The position numbers and the translations under genes are program-made. Below the pieces are notes generated by a model. It ran no database searches, was not told the origin of the DNA, and saw only the letters and a program-made list of their open reading frames with translations. 64,000 bases of DNA from Ignavibacteriales bacterium (GTDB lineage: Bacteria; Bacteroidota; Ignavibacteria; UBA10030): positions 28,215 through 92,214 of the forward strand of contig JAPLFQ010000032.1 of assembly GCA_026390595.1 (NCBI GenBank), written 5' to 3'. Each line of letters opens with the position of its first letter. Within the stretch, counting starts at the first letter, position 1. Of this stretch, positions 38,676-45,735 are shown piece by piece.

Positions 38676-40808
38676 CTAGAGCATGATCCTGGCATCTGCG
38701 ACGAAACAACCGCCGCCTTCGTCATTCACAATCAGTGGATTAATGTCGAGCTCTTTGATCTCCGGAAAATCGGTCGCCAACGCAGCAAGGCGCTGGATCG
38801 CCTCCTCCACACTGCGAATATCACGCGGCTTTTTGCCCCGCGCTCCTGCCAGCATCGAATATGCCCTGATTTCCCGTATCATTTCAGACGCGGAACGAGG
38901 CCCCACAGGCGCAACGCGGAAACTGACGTCTCTGAATACTTCCACAAACAGTCCGCCCAATCCAAACATGATCACGGCCCCGAACGATGGGTCACGCTTC
39001 ACTCCCAGGATGACCTCTTCACCTTTCGAAACCATCTTCTGGATGTAGATGCCTTTAATTCGCGCGCCCGGCTTCGCCTTCTCGACGTTTTGCAGGATGG
39101 AATCATATCCCTCTCCCGCAGCCTCGGCGGTCCGTATATCCAGAAGCACTCCCTTGACATCGAACTTGTGCACGATGTCATCCGAATCGACTTTCATCAC
39201 AACGGGGAACCCGATACGCCCGGCGATACTGATCGCTTCCTGTCTCGACTTCGCGAGCCCCGATGGCAACGTCGGCAAGCCATACGCCTCGAGAATCGTG
39301 ACTGATTCTTCTTCGGGCAGATAGTTTCTGCCAGCGGCGATGGCGTTCTGAATGACGGCACGCGCCTTTTCTTTGTCCAATCCCGAAAACGTCTGCACTT
39401 CCTCGGATTTCGTATCGCGATGATGCTTGAAAAAGAGGGCGCTCGCATAGGCGCGGCACATCGACTCCGGAAGAATGTAATGCGGTATGCTGCGCTGCTG
39501 GAGGATATCGATACCAACCGCAACATCCTTCTCGCCCATGAACGACGCGTACGCCGGTTTGTCGAACTTCCCAACAGTGTCGCACACTTCTACGGCAATG
39601 TTCTCGATGTCCGTCATCGATTGCGGCGTCAGGATGACCAGTACTCCATCGACTCCCGGATCCTGCAGCGCTCCGCCCAGAGCCACCTTGTAACGATCGG
39701 CTCTGGCGTCCCCAATCACATCCACAGGGTTCTTGATGTTCGCTGTTGCCGGAAGGCTCTTCTTGTAGATCTCAAGTGTGGCATCCGAAAATTTCGCAAG
39801 CTGGAGATGCTGCTTGATTGCGGCGTCCGTTGCAAGCACACCCGGTCCACCGGCGTTCGTGATAATCGCGACGCGTTTTCCCTGGGGAAGCGGTTGGTAC
39901 GCGAGTGCGATTGCGTTGTTGAACATTTCTTCGATTGTCGTGCAGCGGATGATGCCGGCTTGCCTGAAGGCGGCATCGCATACCTCGTCGCTTCCAGCGA
40001 GAGAGCCTGTGTGAGAGGCGGCAGCTGCGGCACCTTCGCTTGTCCGGCCGGATTTCAAGATCAGTACCGGCTTTCCGGATTCGGAAATAATCTCCTGCGC
40101 TGCCTGCATGAGCGCGACACCGTCCGTGATCTCCTCGAGATAGACGAGGATGACTTTCGTCTTCGGATCGTTTTTCAGGTAACGCATCAGATCGATTTCG
40201 TTGATGTTCGCCTTGTTGCCGAAGCTGACGAACTTTGAGAAGCCGATGTGTTTGGCCTGAGCGTAGTCGAGGACTGCGGTGCAAAGGGCGCCGCTCTGAG
40301 AAAGGAACGCGATGTTTCCTTCCTGCGGCATCTTGCGAGCGAACGATGCATTGAGGTGAGAAAGCGGATCGGTGTTGATGACGCCGAGACAGTTCGGACC
40401 GATGAAGGAGATGTTGTGCTTCTGTGCGATCGCCTTGATCTCTTCTTCCCGCTGTTTGCCGGCCGCGCCGACTTCACGGAAGCCTGCCGATATAATGATC
40501 GCAGACTTGACTCCTTTTTGTCCGCACTGTTCGAGAGCCAGGTTGCAGACGCTGCTCGGAAACACGAGGATAGCGAGATCGACGGGATCGGGAATGTCGA
40601 TTACGTACTTGTATGCCCGCACGCTGGCCACCGAGCGTTCCTTCGGGCTGACAGGGTACACAATTCCCTGAAAGTTATCCTTCAGGATGTTCGCAAAGAT
40701 GTCGTGCGGCACAGTGCCGACGACACGGTTTGTGCCAAGGACGGCGACGGATTTCGGATAAAATACGTGCTCTAGGTCCTTCGCAGGCGGAACTGAAGTT
40801 TGAGACAT
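38676..40808 (-). CDS. Fused alpha/beta ADP-forming (NDP-forming) acyl-CoA synthetase
   Basis: N-terminal CoA-binding Rossmann domain (KSVAVLGTNRVVGTVPHDIF…), succinyl-CoA-synthetase-like ligase-CoA domain with a phospho-His loop, and a C-terminal ATP-grasp domain. 710 aa with no GNAT tail, so it is not Pat. Confidence 0.8.
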   Translation of the reverse strand: MSQTSVPPAKDLEHVFYPKSVAVLGTNRVVGTVPHDIFANILKDNFQGIVYPVSPKERSVASVRAYKYVIDIPDPVDLAILVFPSSVCNLALEQCGQKGVKSAIIISAGFREVGAAGKQREEEIKAIAQKHNISFIGPNCLGVINTDPLSHLNASFARKMPQEGNIAFLSQSGALCTAVLDYAQAKHIGFSKFVSFGNKANINEIDLMRYLKNDPKTKVILVYLEEITDGVALMQAAQEIISESGKPVLILKSGRTSEGAAAAASHTGSLAGSDEVCDAAFRQAGIIRCTTIEEMFNNAIALAYQPLPQGKRVAIITNAGGPGVLATDAAIKQHLQLAKFSDATLEIYKKSLPATANIKNPVDVIGDARADRYKVALGGALQDPGVDGVLVILTPQSMTDIENIAVEVCDTVGKFDKPAYASFMGEKDVAVGIDILQQRSIPHYILPESMCRAYASALFFKHHRDTKSEEVQTFSGLDKEKARAVIQNAIAAGRNYLPEEESVTILEAYGLPTLPSGLAKSRQEAISIAGRIGFPVVMKVDSDDIVHKFDVKGVLLDIRTAEAAGEGYDSILQNVEKAKPGARIKGIYIQKMVSKGEEVILGVKRDPSFGAVIMFGLGGLFVEVFRDVSFRVAPVGPRSASEMIREIRAYSMLAGARGKKPRDIRSVEEAIQRLAALATDFPEIKELDINPLIVNDEGGGCFVADARIML

Positions 40809-40826
40809 TGTACCTCCCCAGGTTGT

Positions 40827-41069
40827 CTACTTCAGATAGCCAGCGATGAATTCGACCGCGCCATCTACTGTCGCCACTTCGCGCGCCTTCTGCTCGTCCA
40901 TCTGTATGTTGAACTCCTCTTCGAACGCGGCGATAAGCTCGATGCTCTGCATCGAGTCGGCGCCGAGATCGAACGAGAAATTTGCAGTCGGCGTGATCTC
41001 CTTCACATCCACCTTCAATACCTGAGCAGTGATCTTCTCTACTCTCGCCTTGATCTCAGACTTATCCAT
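40827..41069 (-). CDS. Acyl carrier protein
   Basis: 80 aa with the phosphopantetheine attachment motif FDLGADSMQSIELIAAFEEEF. GGAGG RBS. 18 nt upstream of the acyl-CoA synthetase. Confidence 0.8.
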   Translation of the reverse strand: MDKSEIKARVEKITAQVLKVDVKEITPTANFSFDLGADSMQSIELIAAFEEEFNIQMDEQKAREVATVDGAVEFIAGYLK

Positions 41070-41131
41070 TGCTTTCCTCCATGTGGAACTTGTGAATATC
41101 GTCTAAATGTAATGGTGGGAATAACTTGAAC

Positions 41132-41159
41132 AATATACGTACCATCTTTGGCATCTCAA
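41132..41159 (-). promoter_or_regulatory. Candidate sigma70-type promoter for the ACP operon
   Basis: On the minus strand TTGAGA-16 nt-TATATT sits about 60 nt upstream of the ACP ATG, with a GGAGG RBS. Confidence 0.35.
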
Positions 41160-41869
41160 AGGAATAAGAGAAAAACGGCGGAATGCGGCAAAAGTTCGCA
41201 AAATCTAGAAATTTCCGGAGTGCTTTTCCAGAATTCCTTTCGCGGCCGACGCGGGCTGGGGAAGGCCGGATCCTTGCGTGCGCTGATAGGCTAGCAATAG
41301 TCCCCTCGGAGGCGGCTGAACCGGGCGGGCACGGCCGTCGCTCGATGGGATCCCCAGACGGCAGAAAGCCGCCGGAAATAGTCATGAGCTACCCTTTCAT
41401 GGGATTGACGGCGTTGCTCATTGAGAACGCCGTGCCTATCTAGGGACTCAAAGATACTGGGGGTGTTTCAGGGAGGGGAAATGGGGGAAAATCGTTGGAA
41501 CGGGGAAAGAGACCTTCTTGCAGTGCTCTCATGCCAAAGTTTGGTCAAAACCTGCTAGTATCGCGTCTCTGCAGTTGTCTGAATAAGTCCCGTCAGGGAC
41601 GAGATGTACATTGATTTGAAAACAAGCTGTTTTCCGAGAACTCCGTCAGGAGTGACATCTCAAATTATTCAAGGTACTTGCTAAACGTGACACTAGGAGA
41701 AAGAAATACCCGGGTTTCCTCCTGCAAGAAGGATGGGGTTGGGAAAAAAACCTAGATTCTGGAATACCTCCGGGTAGCCGCAGCGAAGCATCTCTTTCGC
41801 GGGTTCGGCTGGGGTGATTGCAGCATCCCTTCAAAGCACGCTGCAGCTACCAGCGGGAGGTGGTGGGAG

Positions 41870-42364
41870 TCAGTTGGCCGGACCTTGAATCCAGACGCCA
41901 CTGCTGTGTGAGACGGGTTGTTGAGATTCTTTGTCAGCAGGTTTCGTCAGAGCTTTTCGGACTTCGTTTTCTGTAATCACCAGCCTAAGGCCGGGTCTGT
42001 CCGCTTCGCTCCTGGGCTTTGCCATCTGCCAGATACTCGGCAATGCGCCAAAATATGATTTTCGAAACTCTTCCATCGTCATCCCTGTGGTATTCTTGAA
42101 GAGCCGGGCGCCGACATCTTCCCGCAAACCCAAATCGAGACAAATCACTTTGCAGAGAGCTTCCGACGTGAGAAGACGCTCCTTCATCCGGCATACCCTC
42201 GACTCCCGGATGTACCTGCTCAGGCTCACCTTCTCCGTTCGGTAGAACGATTGCTTCAATTTGTCGAGAGGGCAGTCTAGTTGTGTCGCAACCTGCTGGG
42301 CCTTTTTCAACGTGGTGAGGTTTGAAGAAACAAAGGACTTCACTTGAGGTATGTCGATCGTCAT
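41870..42364 (-). CDS. Small AraC-family HTH-only protein (no sensor/dimerisation domain)
   Basis: Internal start ATG 42364 preceded by AGGAGA with a 7-nt spacer. Two AraC-type HTH subdomains (…LSRYIRESRVCRMKERLL… and …ICLDLGLREDVGARLFKNTTGMTMEEFRK). The longer 246-aa track ORF is an extension. Confidence 0.6.
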   Translation of the reverse strand: MTIDIPQVKSFVSSNLTTLKKAQQVATQLDCPLDKLKQSFYRTEKVSLSRYIRESRVCRMKERLLTSEALCKVICLDLGLREDVGARLFKNTTGMTMEEFRKSYFGALPSIWQMAKPRSEADRPGLRLVITENEVRKALTKPADKESQQPVSHSSGVWIQGPAN

Positions 42365-42692
42365 GGCGGGATCTCCTGCGTAGTTGAGGATTGAGGGAGC
42401 GTGGATTGTGGAGCAGCGAGTCGTTTGCGAAGAGCCAAGGTCACACATGGTGCGATCCTTCGGTTGGACTGGAATGAACGATATGTTCGAAGCAGGATCG
42501 AAATGATGATCGGAGCTTCGACGATCAGGGGCGGGACTGACCAGTTGCCGGGTTGAGATCAGGAAGAACGAGGGACACCTTGACCGCCCATGCGAAAATA
42601 ATGAGGGCAAGAGTCAAAGTCAAGTTAAATTACGGAATATATCCGAGATATTGCGGAATCGGCCTGTAAACCGATTGGCATTTTTTTGAGGA

Positions 42693-43637
42693 CTATTGTT
42701 TTCGAGCTGTCGGGATACCGAGTCTCTTCATGCGATATCGCAACGTGTCTTCGGTCATCTTGAGGAAGCGGGCGGCTCGGCTTTGATTGAATTCGAACTT
42801 CTCCAGCGTGCGCATCAGGATCCCCTTCTCGATGATCTCCATCGCGTTGTCGAGCGCGAATTCCGCCCCCTCATCGATGCGCGTGATGATGCGCGAGAGC
42901 TCTGCCTGCTCATTGACGAGCCCGGCCGGGAGCCGGAACACCTCTTTGTCGTTCGACAGCACGATGCTGCGCTCGACCATCCTCTTCAGTTCCAGGACAT
43001 TTTCCTTCCACTCCTGGCGCACGAGGACACCGATGGCATTGGAATCGATGATCATTCCTTCTATCCCGAGATCCTTGCCAACCTGAGCGACGAAATACTC
43101 CACCAACTCCGGGATATCATCGCGCCGTTCGCGGAGCGGTGAGATCATTATCATTTCCCACCGCTTTGTCTCCTCAGTGACCCCGGGGAGAACTGTCCCC
43201 GCCTTCACCGCTGCCCCGATCGGACCTTGAAGCAGGAAAATCAGGCGCAAATCGCGCTTCTCTTTCCGGAGAAAGGCGAGGAGATCACACACCGAGCTCT
43301 GAGCTGTCAGCCCCGAGCGATCGATGTCTTCGAAGATCAACGTCGTACCATCAACCAATTTGAAATTCCCATGGTCCGGGGCGATCGGGTTGTAGAGCTC
43401 TCCGCTTTGCATGGCCAAATCGACCAACTTCCTCAGCCGGCTCGGATCGATGACGGCGATGTTCAAACGAACACATGGCTTCCTGGCATCCTTGCTCTCA
43501 TTATGTATGGCTTCGGCAGTCAATCCCTTGCCGACACCCGATTCACCGATGATTACGACGTCTTTCCTGCCACGAGCCAGTCTTTTCACATCTTCACGAA
43601 GTTGCCGCGTGGCCGGACTTGATCCTACGATCTGCAT
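42693..43637 (-). CDS. Enhancer-binding-protein-like AAA+ transcriptional regulator (sigma54-interaction-type ATPase core + Fis-type HTH), lacking a GAFTGA motif and any N-terminal sensory domain
   Basis: Walker A VIIGESGVGKG, Walker B / sensor region (GTTLIFEDID), arginine-finger region (RERRDDIPELVEYF), and C-terminal HTH (RAARFLKMTEDTLRYRMKRLGI). The GAFTGA loop is replaced by AMQSGELYNPIAPDHGN. Confidence 0.7.
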   Translation of the reverse strand: MQIVGSSPATRQLREDVKRLARGRKDVVIIGESGVGKGLTAEAIHNESKDARKPCVRLNIAVIDPSRLRKLVDLAMQSGELYNPIAPDHGNFKLVDGTTLIFEDIDRSGLTAQSSVCDLLAFLRKEKRDLRLIFLLQGPIGAAVKAGTVLPGVTEETKRWEMIMISPLRERRDDIPELVEYFVAQVGKDLGIEGMIIDSNAIGVLVRQEWKENVLELKRMVERSIVLSNDKEVFRLPAGLVNEQAELSRIITRIDEGAEFALDNAMEIIEKGILMRTLEKFEFNQSRAARFLKMTEDTLRYRMKRLGIPTARKQ

Positions 43638-43659
43638 AGTGCGAAACCTTTCATTTGTC

Positions 43660-44961
43660 TCATTCTGTACGCGCCTTCGTGACGTCTTTCGTCTGTACGT
43701 CCTTTGGCTGAATGAGAAACCTCTGGTCAAGCTCGTTCGGATTCATGAATTGCCGCAACACCCAGTTGTCGAATGCGTCGCGCCAGCGGGTGATGCGGGA
43801 GGCATCGGTCGCCAACCGAATCTCATAAAAGCGACCTTCAACACTTTGAATAAATCTAAGGCGTAAGATGAAAAGGAAGAGAAGCACGATCATGATTCCC
43901 GTTGAAAGGTACATCCCAAGATGCGCGAACGCAGCATAGGCATCCCATTGCCGAACCGTTGTGAAGGCGTAGTGGTGAAGGGCTTCACAGGAACAAAACA
44001 CCAGAAGGCACCAGAGAATTTTTTCAAGGTACGCGCTCTTTGGAGGATCTGCTATGAATTGGTAAATAATGAAAACGAGTATACAACCTATTAGTAGAAG
44101 CGATATCAACACGCAACTCCTCCATAGCGGCCTGTAAACAAGCAGATATACGGCATCACCCTGACAATATGGCCACAATTCCAAAACTCGAGCCTCCTTA
44201 GCCCGAAGGACATCCTGATTCTCTGGGCGAATCCCAATCGTCAAGGGTGCGACGGACGCAATCAACGCTAAAGATGGTCGCTCCATCCCATCCTGATGAA
44301 GCTCTTGAGTCGCAAGTTGGATAGCTTTGTAGTCCTTAATATCCGTTGTTGTGTACAAGTATTTCGGGTTGGCGTAGTATGCATAGAACAAGGATATCCA
44401 TATGGTTCCGACGACAGACACAGCGATGAAGTACTTTAGAGGCAACCTCAGTTTCTGAAAGCTCAAATGAACGACAAGGAAAACCACACTCACGGCTAGC
44501 AACAGGAAATACAATTGCGTTCGGTATTGGTGCTCATAGAAACCAGCCCACGTATCAAGCGGAAACCACCACAGCTTTGCCAATTGGTACAGTTGAGTCC
44601 AGAACCCATTTATGAAGAAGACGACGGCGAGATTCACGAAAAGGGCTCTGATCTCAGGTTGGGCTTCCTTCTTAGAAAGGATCCATGAAACACTTCCGAC
44701 CAAGGCACTGGCCTCTGCAAGAACGATTACGCACACACGGTCGATACCATCCGCACTCATCGCCATCACTCCTGCGAAGTTGATGACTGCGAAGGGACAC
44801 CACATCATCAAGATTTTCTTGTAGAGTCTCATTCCTTGAAATAGGCCTGAGCCCGCTCCTTTAATAAGAAAATCGAAACTCGGTGTATCCGTCCACAGGA
44901 AAAAAAGGGTATTCATGAGCACAGCACCCCACCTGTCACTCCGAGTATACACCTTTTTCAA
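43660..44961 (-). CDS. Polytopic membrane protein (≥10 predicted TM helices), unknown family; first gene of the operon with the EBP-like regulator
   Basis: Strongly hydrophobic 433-aa ORF with no enzymatic motifs I recognise. Its stop is 22 nt upstream of the regulator start. Confidence 0.6.
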   Translation of the reverse strand: MKKVYTRSDRWGAVLMNTLFFLWTDTPSFDFLIKGAGSGLFQGMRLYKKILMMWCPFAVINFAGVMAMSADGIDRVCVIVLAEASALVGSVSWILSKKEAQPEIRALFVNLAVVFFINGFWTQLYQLAKLWWFPLDTWAGFYEHQYRTQLYFLLLAVSVVFLVVHLSFQKLRLPLKYFIAVSVVGTIWISLFYAYYANPKYLYTTTDIKDYKAIQLATQELHQDGMERPSLALIASVAPLTIGIRPENQDVLRAKEARVLELWPYCQGDAVYLLVYRPLWRSCVLISLLLIGCILVFIIYQFIADPPKSAYLEKILWCLLVFCSCEALHHYAFTTVRQWDAYAAFAHLGMYLSTGIMIVLLFLFILRLRFIQSVEGRFYEIRLATDASRITRWRDAFDNWVLRQFMNPNELDQRFLIQPKDVQTKDVTKARTE

Positions 44962-44990
44962 AACTCAGTCAAGAGTTTTTCCGACTACTT

Positions 44991-45029
44991 TCCGAGATAT
45001 CTCGGATAGCGATTTGCAATTCGAATCGC
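44991..45029. promoter_or_regulatory. Operator-like palindromes in the divergent intergenic region
   Basis: Perfect 16-bp palindrome TCCGAGATATCTCGGA (44991-45006), followed by the inverted repeat GCGATttgcaattcgaATCGC (45009-45029). Confidence 0.4.
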
Positions 45030-45275
45030 AACTGGAGAATTTCAGCGAAGGACTCTCCTCACCGAGCCGCCTCTCTCACCCATTGTCAATTCCAGCAATA
45101 GCAAAAGACCCTTCGATTCTTGAGAAGCGAATCTGGGAATCCTCCCATTTCTGCGAGCAAAGGATCGAACACTGCGAAAATTATGCGATTGTTGAAGATG
45201 TCCCCAATGGCATATTTCTTGACAATCGTGGCTGTCAGACATGAAAACGTCCATCCTTGGAGAGGCAGAGTAAAC

Positions 45276-45731
45276 ATGGTCGCAGAAGAACCAGTGTATT
45301 CCATTGGCAGTGTCGCCAGAATGCTTGGCGTATCAGTTTTCACGCTCAGGATGTACGAGCGTGAAGGACTGATCATCTCCCACAAATCCAACACAAAACA
45401 CAGACGCTACAGCCAGAACGACGTCGAGCGGATCAAATGCATCCGCCGCGCCATCACTGAACTGAAGTTCGGCATAGCCGGCGTCAAAGGAGTCTATGCC
45501 CTTATCCCCTGCTGGAGCATCGTCAACTGCTCCGCAGAAGACCGGGACAATTGTGCCGCATACAAGGGACACTCAAAACCATGCTGGACGCACAAACACG
45601 AGTCCAATACATGTTCCTCCAGGGTCTGCAGGCAGTGTCCAGTGTATCAGAAACTGACAGATTGCGCAAAAGTAAAAGAGAGCATATTGCTCGCCTCACA
45701 GCAGTCGCAAGCATTCACTCCTCATCCATGA
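45276..45731 (+). CDS. MerR-family transcriptional regulator with a C-terminal 8-Cys domain
   Basis: MerR HTH (YSIGSVARMLGVSVFTLRMYEREGLI) and coiled-coil region. The C-terminal cysteines are spaced C-x5-C-x6-C-x8-C-x9-C-x4-C-x2-C-x8-C. The start is set at the internal ATG; the track ORF 45120 start is an extension. Confidence 0.7.
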   Translation: MVAEEPVYSIGSVARMLGVSVFTLRMYEREGLIISHKSNTKHRRYSQNDVERIKCIRRAITELKFGIAGVKGVYALIPCWSIVNCSAEDRDNCAAYKGHSKPCWTHKHESNTCSSRVCRQCPVYQKLTDCAKVKESILLASQQSQAFTPHP

Positions 45732-45735
45732 GGGC

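Noticed and set aside
41323-41337. GGCACGgccgTCGC sigma54-like element in the 700-bp non-coding island
   Set aside because: The -12 match is imperfect (TCGC), and it points into antisense of minus-strand genes with no downstream plus-strand gene for ~4 kb.
41890-41905. GCCACTG 'B12-box'-like heptamer
   Set aside because: It falls inside the coding region of the AraC-fragment gene and has no surrounding cobalamin-riboswitch structure.
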